NCBI GenBank assembly: GCA_947088865.1
Contig: CAMUHY010000019.1
Span: forward strand, 2,185 to 66,184
Source of the DNA: an uncultured Eubacterium sp.
GTDB lineage: Bacteria; Bacillota; Clostridia; Lachnospirales; Lachnospiraceae
Direction of reading: 5' to 3'
Length of the DNA: 64,000 nucleotides
The position numbers were made by a program, and so were the translations under genes. The notes beneath the pieces were generated by a model. The model was not told the DNA's origin and made no database searches. It saw nothing but the letters and a program-made list of their open reading frames with translations. Positions 20,721 to 31,113 of this stretch are shown in pieces. Each line of letters begins with the position of its first letter. The stretch's first letter is position 1.

Positions 20721-23383
20721 ACAATATCGACAACGGTATAATCTTGCTCTTCAATTGCATTTTTTATTATATCATTGTCGATATCTGCATTTAAAGAAAT
20801 AACGGCTTTTCCATCAACATGGCTCACCTTTGCTTCATTGACCTGCTCCAATTTTTCCAGTACTTTCTTTACTCTTGCCTCACAGTGTTCACACATCATT
20901 CCTTTAATTGTAATTGTTTTTTCCATAATAGCCTCCTTTTTATTCAATAAATAGTCCGCTTGCAAATCACGCTGACCATTCTTATTTACTTCCCTACTTG
21001 CTGTCCCATTATTTTTTGACAACTCTTGCTGTTCCTCAATAAATTCATCTTCTTTAACCTCTACCAGGTCTGACGATACTTCATTTTGCGCCCTATAAAA
21101 AGATTTAAAAAAATTAAGACGCAGCGCATTTGTCACCACGCAAAAACTGGATAAACTCATTGCGGCTGCACCAAACATAGGATTGAGTTCCCAGCCAAAT
21201 ATAGGTATCCAAAGCCCTGCTGCAAGCGGTATTCCGATAACATTATAAAAGAATGCCCAAAATAAATTTTCATGGATATTTCTCAATGTCGCTTTACTGA
21301 GTTTAATGGCTGTCACAACATCGGTCAACCTGCTTTTCATCAATATTACATCAGCGGCATCAATAGCAACATCTGCCCCAGCGCCGATAGCAATACCCAT
21401 ATCGGCCTGAATCAATGCAGGTGCATCGTTAATTCCATCGCCTACCATTGCCACTTTGCTCTGTTTTTTTAAATCCTTTATTGCGTTTTCTTTTCCATCT
21501 GGAAGTACTCCCGCAATGACCTTATCGACGCCCACTTGTCTGCCAATAGCATTTGCGGTCTTTTCATTATCGCCAGTCAGCATAACAACTTCAATGCCCA
21601 TATTTTTTAAAGCATCTATTGCCTGTGGGCTTTCTTGTTTTATAACATCAGCAACCGCAATAATTCCTAAAAGCTTGTTATCATAGACAAAATATAATGG
21701 GGTCTTTCCATTTTGCGCTAGTATATCCGCACAATTTTTTACTTTTTCGGAAACTGATGCATATTGATTGACAAATAAAAAATTGCCTCCAACAAGCTGC
21801 TTTCCCTTGTACATAGCCTGTAAACCATTTCCAGCAACCGCCTTAAAGTCTTGTACTTCTTCCAATGAAATATTTTTTGTGTTGCCATATTCCACAATAG
21901 CTTTCGATAGTGGATGTTCACTTTTTTGCTCTAATACATATGCCATTTTAAGCAACATATCGCGGCTTTTTTGTTGTTCTTTTTTTGCACAGTAAGGAAT
22001 AATATCCGTAACCTTAGGCTGTCCTTTTGTAATTGTTCCTGTTTTATCTAAAACCACAACGCCAACTTTTCCTGTTTCTTCCAAAGAGACAGCCGTTTTA
22101 AACAAAATCCCATTTCTTGCGCCTACGCCATTGCCAACCATAACAGCTACGGGTGTTGCAAGCCCTAAAGCACATGGGCAACTGATTACCAAAACTGATA
22201 TTCCTCTTGCCAGTGCATATCCAAAAGCCGCTCCTGACACAAGCCATACTAAAATAGTAACCATTGCTATCACAATGACTGCTGGTACAAATATACCCGA
22301 CACTTTATCTGCTACCTTCGCAATGGGCGCTTTTGTTGCAGTCGCATCACTTACCATCTGTATAATCTGCGCAAGTGTTGTATCCTTGCCGACATTGACC
22401 GCCTGACAGCGAATAAATCCCGATTGATTGATTGTTCCCGCATAAACATGGTCTCCTTTTTGTTTATCCACAGGTATACTTTCCCCTGTAAGCGCCGATT
22501 CATTGACAGCACTGATACCATCTGTTACAACACCATCAACAGGAATATTTCCTCCTGGTCTTACAATAAATTCATCGCCAGCGACTACTTCACTTACAGA
22601 AACCGTAACTTCCTGTCCATCTCTTATAACAACGGCTGTCTTAGGCGCTAATTTCATCAGACCTTTTAAAGCATCGGTCGTTCTTCCTTTTGATTTTGCT
22701 TCCAGCATTTTTCCAACCGTAATTAATGTTAAAATCATGGCAGCAGACTCAAAATAAAACTCGTGCATATACGCCATCACAAGAGCAGTATTGCCTTTCA
22801 CCTGTGCATCCGTCATCATAAATAATGCAAATGTACTATATATAAAAGCCGCACCTGCACCTAATGCAACCAATGTATCCATATTAGGCGCTCGGTGAAT
22901 CAATCCTTTAAAACCGCTCACAAAAAACTTTTGATTGATAACCATGATTATAATGGTAAGCAACATCTGCAACAGTCCCATAGCAATATGATTTTGTGCT
23001 AAAAAGGATGGTACAGACCAATTCCACATCATATGCCCCATAGAAAAATACATTAATATAAGTAAAAAAACAACTGAAAAGAGAAGTCTCTTTTTTAATT
23101 TTGGCGTTTCCTTATCCTGCAATGCTTCCTCTTGTGCAGCATAATCGACAAAAGAATCCGCATTGCTATTTTTTGTTGAATCCCCTGATTTTACTGATGC
23201 ACCATATCCTGCATCTTCTACCGCCTTAATAATATCAGAAGGTTTCGCAGTCCCCTCCACGCCCATTGAATTGGTGAGAAGGTTTACGGAACAAGCGGTC
23301 ACGCCATCTATCTTTTTTACTGCTTTTTCCACTCTGGCACTACATGCCGCACAACTCATGCCAGTCACTTGATATTGTTCCAT
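20717..23383 (-). CDS. copA: Copper-exporting P1B-type ATPase with N- and C-terminal HMA domains
   Basis: GMSCAAC, TGES, CPCALGLATP, DKTGT, SEHPL, MVGDGINDAP, YN..GIP and a C-terminal GMMCEHC. The start is placed at MEQYQV (23383). Confidence 0.93.
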   Translation of the reverse strand: MEQYQVTGMSCAACSARVEKAVKKIDGVTACSVNLLTNSMGVEGTAKPSDIIKAVEDAGYGASVKSGDSTKNSNADSFVDYAAQEEALQDKETPKLKKRLLFSVVFLLILMYFSMGHMMWNWSVPSFLAQNHIAMGLLQMLLTIIIMVINQKFFVSGFKGLIHRAPNMDTLVALGAGAAFIYSTFALFMMTDAQVKGNTALVMAYMHEFYFESAAMILTLITVGKMLEAKSKGRTTDALKGLMKLAPKTAVVIRDGQEVTVSVSEVVAGDEFIVRPGGNIPVDGVVTDGISAVNESALTGESIPVDKQKGDHVYAGTINQSGFIRCQAVNVGKDTTLAQIIQMVSDATATKAPIAKVADKVSGIFVPAVIVIAMVTILVWLVSGAAFGYALARGISVLVISCPCALGLATPVAVMVGNGVGARNGILFKTAVSLEETGKVGVVVLDKTGTITKGQPKVTDIIPYCAKKEQQKSRDMLLKMAYVLEQKSEHPLSKAIVEYGNTKNISLEEVQDFKAVAGNGLQAMYKGKQLVGGNFLFVNQYASVSEKVKNCADILAQNGKTPLYFVYDNKLLGIIAVADVIKQESPQAIDALKNMGIEVVMLTGDNEKTANAIGRQVGVDKVIAGVLPDGKENAIKDLKKQSKVAMVGDGINDAPALIQADMGIAIGAGADVAIDAADVILMKSRLTDVVTAIKLSKATLRNIHENLFWAFFYNVIGIPLAAGLWIPIFGWELNPMFGAAAMSLSSFCVVTNALRLNFFKSFYRAQNEVSSDLVEVKEDEFIEEQQELSKNNGTASREVNKNGQRDLQADYLLNKKEAIMEKTITIKGMMCEHCEARVKKVLEKLEQVNEAKVSHVDGKAVISLNADIDNDIIKNAIEEQDYTVVDIV

Positions 23384-23399
23384 ATTTATCTCCCATTCT

Positions 23400-23463
23400 T
23401 GCTCAGCCTGCAAGTCCTAGCATAAGCACAAACTTGCATATGAAAAATTTATTTTTCACACTA
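23400..23463 (-). repeat. Intergenic repeat family B partial copy 3 (between csoR and copA)
   Basis: TGAAAAATTTATTTTTCACACTA at 23441-23463 is identical to 15118-15140. Confidence 0.6.
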
Positions 23464-23468
23464 TCTTT

Positions 23469-23762
23469 TTACTTCATCAATTTTTTTAACACTTCTAAAA
23501 GCTCATCAATCGTTTCTTCATTGCCTTCCTTGATATCATTCATCACACATGTTTTGATATGATTTACCAGCAATTCTTTGCTAAATCCGCTGAGTGCTGC
23601 GCTTACTGCCGCCACTTGTGTTAAAATATCAATACAGTAGACATCTTTTTCAACCATACCGCGAATACCACGTATTTGTCCTTCTATTCTATTAAGCCTG
23701 TTAATAAGTGCTTTGTACTCCTTTTCTGTTCTCTGTTTTTTTCTGTTGCAGCAAGAATCCAT
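23469..23762 (-). CDS. csoR: Copper-sensing repressor CsoR family
   Basis: RLNRIEGQIRGI..YCIDILTQVAA..NHIKTCV (Cys/His/Cys Cu ligands); adjacent to copA. Confidence 0.9.
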   Translation of the reverse strand: MDSCCNRKKQRTEKEYKALINRLNRIEGQIRGIRGMVEKDVYCIDILTQVAAVSAALSGFSKELLVNHIKTCVMNDIKEGNEETIDELLEVLKKLMK

Positions 23763-23820
23763 ATATTCTCCTTATTTTTTTTAATAAATAAACCACCTTT
23801 TTTGTAAAATATTGAAAATC

Positions 23821-24384
23821 TTACCTTTCCATTGAAATGGAACATTCCTTCCAACTCGAAATGCGCTCCAAATTCTTCAACCACTCTAGTTGAAATCCAG
23901 TAGAGGAATAGCCACGCCCGTTGAAAAAATATTCCTGTGGAAATACATCCTCGCCAATCCAACGTAAATTTTCTTTCGGTATATTATAATCAAAACTCCA
24001 GTTTTGCCAGAAACCCAACATCGAATCACCAAACGGATTGTCATAGTCAGGTCGAGCTAGAAACACGCCTTCTGCCGTTCGCTCTGCGGGCGGAAAGGCT
24101 ACAAAAATAGGATTTTCTCCGCCTAGACCGGCACGATACCCCATCAGCCATATGGTCAAGTTCATCAAATCAAAAAATCTTCCTGGTTGAGGCCAGCGCA
24201 CAAGAGTCCACTTTGCTTCCTCTGGCAAAGCAGTGATTTGAAAAGAAAAAGGAACCCTATCCTCTGCGGCGCAAATGTCAGGATACTCTTTCAAAAGCTG
24301 AATTGCCTGCTCCACAGGACAGTTGATAATAGAAAAACAGGTATAACCTGTCAGGTCAAAAGGAAAATTTGGCTGTTTGCTCAT
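23821..24384 (-). CDS. Hypothetical protein located between the CsoR operator and csoR
   Basis: 187-aa ORF with an AAGGAG RBS; visibly more GC-rich than its neighbours. Confidence 0.65.
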   Translation of the reverse strand: MSKQPNFPFDLTGYTCFSIINCPVEQAIQLLKEYPDICAAEDRVPFSFQITALPEEAKWTLVRWPQPGRFFDLMNLTIWLMGYRAGLGGENPIFVAFPPAERTAEGVFLARPDYDNPFGDSMLGFWQNWSFDYNIPKENLRWIGEDVFPQEYFFNGRGYSSTGFQLEWLKNLERISSWKECSISMER

Positions 24385-24430
24385 TGTATTTTACTCCTTA
24401 AATAAATGATAATTTTATATTTATACGAGT

Positions 24431-24459
24431 ATAATATACCCATATAGGGTATATGTCAA
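24431..24459 (-). promoter_or_regulatory. Promoter with a CsoR-type operator in its spacer
   Basis: Minus-strand TTGACA-17-TATTAT. The spacer holds ATATACCC-atata-GGGTATAT (24434-24454), which matches the ATACCC..GGGTAT form of Firmicute CsoR operators. Confidence 0.75.
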
Positions 24460-24618
24460 TAAAAAAATAATTTATTATAGTGTATCCAAAAATTGATGGA
24501 AACAAATTGACAAAAATTTGATGGACAAATACAATAATAAAATCAAGATGAAAGGAAATGTTTGCAGTGATTTGTTACAATTTTCACCTAAAAAAATCAC
24601 TTTATAACAGGTTAATTA

Positions 24619-24954
24619 ATGTATTATGAATTACAGCCGTTACGGATTCAGGCAGGATGGAAAGTAGTATATAATAATTTTACAGAATATGATATCCATA
24701 TACATGACAAAAAAGATTCATTTGAATTACATGAAGATTTATTACAGCTATATAATGAAAAAGCCAATTTACTGATTGATTTGGGCTGGTATCCAAGTTA
24801 TGACATAAATGGAAATTATCTTTTAATGCTTGTCCAAAATCTTCAGTGGAATTATCCATTAGAACAGATTTCATCAACATCAAAAAAAGAAATTATTGCC
24901 TATATCGAAAAATGGGTATGCCGTGATTTTTTTGCAAAATACTGTAATAAATAA
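24619..24954 (+). CDS. Hypothetical protein (possible orphan immunity-type protein)
   Basis: 111-aa ORF with LQPLRI..GW and IDLGWYP motifs; function not established. Confidence 0.55.
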   Translation: MYYELQPLRIQAGWKVVYNNFTEYDIHIHDKKDSFELHEDLLQLYNEKANLLIDLGWYPSYDINGNYLLMLVQNLQWNYPLEQISSTSKKEIIAYIEKWVCRDFFAKYCNK

Positions 24955-25232
24955 TTTCGTTAAGTGGATATTCGCAATCCGTTATGCTACTTGCTCAAAC
25001 CATCTAGCTACTATCGCAGCTTTTCAGCAGAATCTTATACTCCCACTGAAACAAGAAAGTCCCCCACTTATGCCTTTGTAGCATTGAAGTAAAGAGGTTA
25101 AAATGGATATAAAATAATCAACAAATCTCTATAAACAATACAAAACAACTTAAAAAGCCGCAGTGCAGCAAACAGCATTACGGCTTTTCTTACAGTTTCT
25201 TTTCTGTGGCTATTTTGTAGTAAAGGATTAAT

Positions 25233-27686
25233 TTATTGTGTTAAATACTCCATTAAAACATCAAATACAGGCTTTTCAAGCTGCATTGCCATTAAATTTG
25301 ATATTATTATCATCTTATCCTGAATATCTTTAAACATATTGTAAATATCACGCTTTGTATTATTGTTTATCTGAGCTTGCAGCAAAAAATCATAAATTCT
25401 GTCATCCATCCATTCACCGCTGTATTCCAAAGACTTGCCAGAAGACGTTGCAAGCTGTATCATAAAATTACTACCTTCCTTAAAATGTTCATAAGACATA
25501 GAATCCATCGTAACCGTCCATGTATGCGTTTTGGCGTCATAGACTGCCGGAATAATGGCTTTTTTACTGCTAAAGGTTACATCTGAACCAAATCCTCTAA
25601 ACAACAGTCTGTATGCTCTTGCTTTTGGAAGAATTGAGGTATCTCCTTTAACATGGATTGAAAACTGTGCGCTGTTTTGATTCCAGTCAAGCGTAAAACA
25701 TGTCAACGCGTAAACACCTTTTTGATATTCAAAACCATCTCCCTCATCTTCATAAAGTGAAAATGTATTTGAACCGCCAGGACATATAAGAACATCAAGA
25801 ACATCGGGCAATTGAATTGAATTACATAAAACGTGGTCTAAATTGTCAAAACTATTAAAAGAATCTATATTTCCTGAAAGCGGAACAATTGCGCCCGATT
25901 TTGCAAGGACAGGGATATTTTGAATACTTCTGTTTAATATAGCTTTTTTACCACAATCCCCGCCATTATAGACATCACCTGTAAAAATATCTGTCCATAA
26001 TCCTTTAGGTATAAAACATTCTACTCCTGCCCTGCACGAACTATGTTCACATGGAACGGTAATCGGACATACCAGCAGCTCACTTCCAAGAAAGTATTGA
26101 TTTTTATATAAATATGCCATCTCCTCAAAAGGATAATAATAATATACAGGTATAATCACAGGAACAAGCTCTGTATGACAGCGATAATTTAATGTATATA
26201 AATACGGAATCATACAATGTCTGAAACGCAGTATATCTTCCATAATACTGCAATACGGTTCGGGATAATTCCATGTCTCTTTGCCGCAGAAAAGATTTGA
26301 GCTGCTGTGCAGTCTGTTAATTGGTGAAAATACACCAAACTGATACCAGCGGACTGCAAGCTCATTGTCTTTGTAACCATTCATATGCCCGCCAATATCA
26401 TGGCTCCACCATGTATAGCCAACATTGGAAGCAGTCGCTGTAAAATACGGCTGAAATGCCAGCGATTCCCATGATACAATGGTATCTCCTGAAAATCCAA
26501 GAGGATAACGATGACTGCCAAGCCCACTGTAACGGGACAAAATAAGCCCCCGTTTCCCACTGTGTTCCATATCGTGAAAATGATAATAATTAAGGAGCCA
26601 CAGCGGGTCTAATCCGCTGATTACACTGTTGCTTCCCTGCTGCCAGTCAATCCACCAAAAATCAACGCCTTCCTTTTCACGAGGATGATGCAAAAACTTA
26701 AAATATGCCATTATAAATTCTTTATTGGTCAAATCAAATTCAATCGTTTTATTGCTTTCAGGATTTATTCCCATAAACTGTGCCATATCCGTGTACATTT
26801 CTTCAAAAGAACGCACGCCTGACGCAGGATGTACATTTAATGTTACATGGTAGCCATGTTTATGAACCCACTCAAGAAATGCTGCAGGATTCGGAAAAAG
26901 CTCGCGATTCCATGTATAGCCTGTCCAGCCTCCACCTGATTCCATTGGCACATTAACAATATGCCAGTCCATATCCATAACAGCGACCGTAAATGGGATT
27001 TTTCGATTTTCAAATTCTGTCAGAAGTTGTGTATAACTGTCTTCACTGTATTTCCAATAACGGCTCCACCAATTGCCCAGCGCATATCTTGGAAGAAGCG
27101 GAACGGCTCCCGACAACAAATAAAAATCATGTATACATTGAAAATAATCACGTCCATATGCAAGATAATATACATCGGTTTCTTTATGCAGTCTTTTTAC
27201 AGGATTGCCTTCCTCATCAATAACAAAGGAATTGCTGTCATCAAAAAATGTTCGCCCGCTTTTGTCCATAAGCCCATAGTCAAGAGGAAGCTCACCATCA
27301 ATACGGTCTAGTGTCCTTGCAGTTCCTTTTAAATTATGCTCACGCGGAGGATATCCATAGGTTTTCGTTCCAAAATACCATCTGCCCCCATAATTGGTAA
27401 AATCATATTTGACATCAATAAAAAGATTGACCTCATTAAATTCCTGTTTATTATACACCATATGAAATGCTTTCGTATCAATTTCAAGTCGCTGGTCTGA
27501 TTCTGTAACCGTAAATTCAGGTACAGAGAAATTTCGGTTAAGAACCGTCTGTGTAGCCAAATCTTCAAAAATACCCGATTCTGAATATTCCATTCTCAGC
27601 ATTTGCGGTGTTAAAACAGAAAAACGATAATGTTTTCCCTGTACAATACAAGCTGGATTGCACATACTATGCTTATTGTTGTTCAT
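25233..27686 (-). CDS. Glycoside hydrolase family 31 (alpha-glucosidase/xylosidase-like)
   Basis: GNWWSRYW, AVMDMDWH, DFWWIDWQQG (nucleophile region), HRYPLGFSGD and WSHDIGG. Confidence 0.9.
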   Translation of the reverse strand: MNNNKHSMCNPACIVQGKHYRFSVLTPQMLRMEYSESGIFEDLATQTVLNRNFSVPEFTVTESDQRLEIDTKAFHMVYNKQEFNEVNLFIDVKYDFTNYGGRWYFGTKTYGYPPREHNLKGTARTLDRIDGELPLDYGLMDKSGRTFFDDSNSFVIDEEGNPVKRLHKETDVYYLAYGRDYFQCIHDFYLLSGAVPLLPRYALGNWWSRYWKYSEDSYTQLLTEFENRKIPFTVAVMDMDWHIVNVPMESGGGWTGYTWNRELFPNPAAFLEWVHKHGYHVTLNVHPASGVRSFEEMYTDMAQFMGINPESNKTIEFDLTNKEFIMAYFKFLHHPREKEGVDFWWIDWQQGSNSVISGLDPLWLLNYYHFHDMEHSGKRGLILSRYSGLGSHRYPLGFSGDTIVSWESLAFQPYFTATASNVGYTWWSHDIGGHMNGYKDNELAVRWYQFGVFSPINRLHSSSNLFCGKETWNYPEPYCSIMEDILRFRHCMIPYLYTLNYRCHTELVPVIIPVYYYYPFEEMAYLYKNQYFLGSELLVCPITVPCEHSSCRAGVECFIPKGLWTDIFTGDVYNGGDCGKKAILNRSIQNIPVLAKSGAIVPLSGNIDSFNSFDNLDHVLCNSIQLPDVLDVLICPGGSNTFSLYEDEGDGFEYQKGVYALTCFTLDWNQNSAQFSIHVKGDTSILPKARAYRLLFRGFGSDVTFSSKKAIIPAVYDAKTHTWTVTMDSMSYEHFKEGSNFMIQLATSSGKSLEYSGEWMDDRIYDFLLQAQINNNTKRDIYNMFKDIQDKMIIISNLMAMQLEKPVFDVLMEYLTQ

Positions 27687-27726
27687 TATACTCTCCTAAA
27701 TTTCTATTGCAAAACATCCTACAAAA

Positions 27727-27738
27727 ATTTGCGCAAAT
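27727..27738. promoter_or_regulatory. Candidate LacI-family operator upstream of the GH31 gene
   Basis: Perfect palindrome ATTTGCGCAAAT about 40 bp upstream of the start codon. Confidence 0.35.
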
Positions 27739-27800
27739 ATTGTTACAGCAAGCCTTATTTGTCATGCTTTAACACAAATAAGGCAATACCTATTTTTATT

Positions 27801-28595
27801 TTACAACTCTTTTTTATTAAAAACAACAACAGCCAATATCATATTGATTATAATAAGTCCTATCGCAATCACCGCTGCCCACAAATAATCATCAGGTTTG
27901 GCAGCATCAATCAATAAATTTATAGAATCCATAAGATGTGTTGGCATATAGTTGCTTAATTTAGGTATCATCTGCAATAAATATGGCACGAGAACTGCTG
28001 CTGCCTCCATTAAAAGACATGCTCCCAATGAATGAAATAAAGCCGAAGCCAGTGGAATTACAGAGATAATCCACACACAGCAAAGCCAATACATTCCTGC
28101 TGAACTAAAAAGATGATTTACAATTGTATTGTCCCATAAATAAGCATTATATCCATACGTGATGCCATAACATATCCAAAATCCAACAGTCCAAAGAACT
28201 GTAATAACAAACATTTTTGAATATATAATTTTATACCGCACCATTCCTTTTGTAATCATATTAATTAATGTTTTATGCTGAAATTCAACAATAAATGTAC
28301 CGCTAAAAAAAATCATAAATGCAATAAATGCCATTGGCATATTTTTATAAAACTGCGCCCATGAAGTCATTGCATCAACACGGATTTCCGGCAACGCCAT
28401 ACCAGTCTCCCTAAGCTGGTCTGACAATAAATCCATTATCCATGGCGTCAATTTTGTGATTGCCGGATTCATAATGCCAACAACAATAAAAATAATAAGA
28501 ATAATAAATAATTTTCCACTTCTAATTTGTTCTAAAATTTCTTTTTTCGTAAATGCTATAAATTGTTTCATATTTATCCTCCATGCTGCAACCAA
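27801..28595 (-). CDS. ABC-2 type exporter permease
   Basis: Six-TM pattern; downstream of the ABC ATPase. Confidence 0.85.
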   Translation of the reverse strand: MVAAWRINMKQFIAFTKKEILEQIRSGKLFIILIIFIVVGIMNPAITKLTPWIMDLLSDQLRETGMALPEIRVDAMTSWAQFYKNMPMAFIAFMIFFSGTFIVEFQHKTLINMITKGMVRYKIIYSKMFVITVLWTVGFWICYGITYGYNAYLWDNTIVNHLFSSAGMYWLCCVWIISVIPLASALFHSLGACLLMEAAAVLVPYLLQMIPKLSNYMPTHLMDSINLLIDAAKPDDYLWAAVIAIGLIIINMILAVVVFNKKEL

Positions 28596-28629
28596 TTTTT
28601 AGAAACAGCTAATGATTCTACTCCATTCT

Positions 28630-29544
28630 TTATGACTTATCCTGTTTGATAATGGTTAAAAATAAATCTTCCAGCGAAGGTTCCTGCCTTTGCACGCAGG
28701 CAACATCAAACTGATTTTCTGATAAAAATCCAAGAATTTTTAACATATTGGACTTACTTTTTGCAGATAAGACAACTTTATTGGTTTCTGTCAACTCACC
28801 CTCACCATATAATTGAATAAAATGGAGCGCTTCTTCATGCTGAATAAAATCAATCTCTATATTGCTCACTCTTTCTACATTTTTAATATCTGCAATATCC
28901 CTTTCAAGAACAATACTGCCATTGTGTAAAAATGCTGCTCTATCACAAATTTTTTCTACATCAGAAAGAATATGTGTCGAAAATACAACCGTTGTATGTT
29001 CTTTTACTGATTTTAAAATATCTAATATTTCCTTTCTTCCAACAGGGTCTAGTGCGCTTGTTGGCTCATCGCATATTAACAATTTAGGATTGTTGATAAG
29101 CGCTTGCGCAATACCAAGCCGCTGTTTCATTCCTCTTGAAAATCCTTTTATACGCTTTTGCTGTGAGGCAAGACCGACCATCTCAAGCAATTCATCGCTT
29201 CTTTTCTTAATCAAATCAGCGTTCATTCCTGTAATCTCACCGCACATTTTTAAATATTCACTTGGCGTCATAAATCCATAAAATTCTGGTACATCAGGCA
29301 GATATCCTATCCACTGATTTGTCGAATTGGAACCAAACTGCACCTTTTCTCCATTGACAAAAATATCTCCTTTATCGGACTTTAACAGTCCCAATATCAA
29401 TTTCATCGTCGTGGTCTTTCCTGCTCCATTTTGCCCAATAAAGCCAAATATACAATGCTGTGGAACATTAAAACTCAAATCATTTAATATCTGATGTTTT
29501 CCAAACGACTTGTTAATATGTGAAATTTGTAACATATCCATCAT
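28630..29544 (-). CDS. ABC transporter ATP-binding protein
   Basis: GQNGAGKTT, FSRGMKQRLG and CDEPTSALD. The start at 29544 overlaps the upstream stop (TAATG). Confidence 0.92.
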   Translation of the reverse strand: MMDMLQISHINKSFGKHQILNDLSFNVPQHCIFGFIGQNGAGKTTTMKLILGLLKSDKGDIFVNGEKVQFGSNSTNQWIGYLPDVPEFYGFMTPSEYLKMCGEITGMNADLIKKRSDELLEMVGLASQQKRIKGFSRGMKQRLGIAQALINNPKLLICDEPTSALDPVGRKEILDILKSVKEHTTVVFSTHILSDVEKICDRAAFLHNGSIVLERDIADIKNVERVSNIEIDFIQHEEALHFIQLYGEGELTETNKVVLSAKSKSNMLKILGFLSENQFDVACVQRQEPSLEDLFLTIIKQDKS

Positions 29545-29786
29545 TAATCCTCTTTTCCAATAATAAAATATAAAACGGGTCCAATAAACTGCATACCAAT
29601 AATAGCTACAATAATCCATAATGTTCGATTGCCGCATTTATAATTCTTATAGGTAAGAATATGCCATAAAGTAAATCCCAACAATGCCAATTCAGCAATG
29701 GCAATTGGAATGATAAACGGCAACAGTGATTTTAAATCTTCCATAATAAATAACCATACCTTTCCATTCATCTTTACATTTAACAA
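29544..29786 (-). CDS. PLDc N-terminal-like small membrane protein
   Basis: Two TM helices with LWIIVAII..QFIGPVLYFIIGK; the true start may be MEDL at 29744. Confidence 0.75.
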   Translation of the reverse strand: MLNVKMNGKVWLFIMEDLKSLLPFIIPIAIAELALLGFTLWHILTYKNYKCGNRTLWIIVAIIGMQFIGPVLYFIIGKED

Positions 29787-29867
29787 ACAACTTGCTGCTC
29801 TCTATTTTGCAAACAAACATATGTTTGATTTATAACAAAACCACTTTAACACAAATAGACAACAAAC

Positions 29868-30998
29868 TTATAATATTTTTTTAAGTCTGTCTTTTATCAT
29901 GTTGTACTCGCTTTCCTTTTGGAGATTCGCAAATACAGGATTTTCAAGAGAATCATAGACATCTTGCAATATTGCTTTTCTGTTTCTTGGCGCCTTTAAC
30001 CCAACGCCAAACTCTTTAAAACTTTCCATAATACTGTCAAAATACCAGTCTCCATGCAGCATTATCTCATCATTTTTAAATAATTCTTCCAGACAATCCA
30101 CATAAAGATTCAAATAATGCAATGTATTTTTTATATCCTTGTTTGTGCTATAACATACTGCTGCCTGATAATAAAATACAGCTGTATCATTGGGGTGAAG
30201 TTTTATCAATTCAAATGCTTCAATGACTTTATCAATACGTTTTACAGTTTCATTGCAAATGTCAAAATTATCAATCGATATCGAACAATATTGTTTTGCA
30301 TCGCCAACTAATGCTAAAATATCATAATATAAATTAAGTTGCGTAACGCTTTTTGCCTTTTGAATATCGCCCAACATCATATAAGCCATTGTCAAATATA
30401 TACTGCTTTGATTAACTAATTTATACGGCTTTGTTATATCTTCCAACAGTTCAATGACTTCTTGTGCCTTTCCCATCTGCAAATTTGCAATAGCTTGTAA
30501 AACAACAATACTGCTACATATGTTCATATCTTTGCAGTCACTTTGAACATGCTCGCACAGCGTAATAATAAGCTGTAAAACTTCTGTCTGCTGTGATTTT
30601 TCCTTTGCAAGTGTATAATAGTTTATCAGCAATATACATACTTGAAAAATAAAAGGATAACATGAATAATACATTTTTACATGAACATTAATTTTATCCA
30701 TTACTTCCTCAAACGATTTTTTTGCAAAATCCTCTGAAAATTCATAATACAACTGTATGATTTCTTCTTTTGAAAGCTGTGGATGATAGCCAATCAATTC
30801 ATCAACAGAAATATCAAAAAAAGAAGCAAGCAATGGCAGCAGGCTTATATCAGGAAGACTTTGTCTAGTCTCCCACTTTGAGACGGAAGCCTTTGTCACT
30901 CCTAAAAAGTATGCTAACTGCTCCTGTGTAATTTTCTTTTCATGCCGAAGTCTTACAAGATTTTGTGCTATATTAAAATGATTCATTGCTCCCTCCAT
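29868..30998 (-). CDS. XRE-family HTH regulator with a helical (TPR-like) C-terminus
   Basis: ITQEQLAYFLGVTKASVSKWET..PDI..LASFFDISVDELIG. Confidence 0.85.
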   Translation of the reverse strand: MEGAMNHFNIAQNLVRLRHEKKITQEQLAYFLGVTKASVSKWETRQSLPDISLLPLLASFFDISVDELIGYHPQLSKEEIIQLYYEFSEDFAKKSFEEVMDKINVHVKMYYSCYPFIFQVCILLINYYTLAKEKSQQTEVLQLIITLCEHVQSDCKDMNICSSIVVLQAIANLQMGKAQEVIELLEDITKPYKLVNQSSIYLTMAYMMLGDIQKAKSVTQLNLYYDILALVGDAKQYCSISIDNFDICNETVKRIDKVIEAFELIKLHPNDTAVFYYQAAVCYSTNKDIKNTLHYLNLYVDCLEELFKNDEIMLHGDWYFDSIMESFKEFGVGLKAPRNRKAILQDVYDSLENPVFANLQKESEYNMIKDRLKKIL

Positions 30999-31113
30999 TC
31001 TTCAATAAAACTAATTATCTCTTGTATTTTATACAAAAATTATAATCTGTTTTTAAAAAGAATACAATGGATTAATACGATATTTAATTCTATTTTGTCA
31101 ACTGTGAGGAAAC

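Noticed and set aside
23684-23962. 92-aa ORF overlapping csoR and the upstream hypothetical gene
   Set aside because: It overlaps two better-supported genes in another frame and has no RBS.
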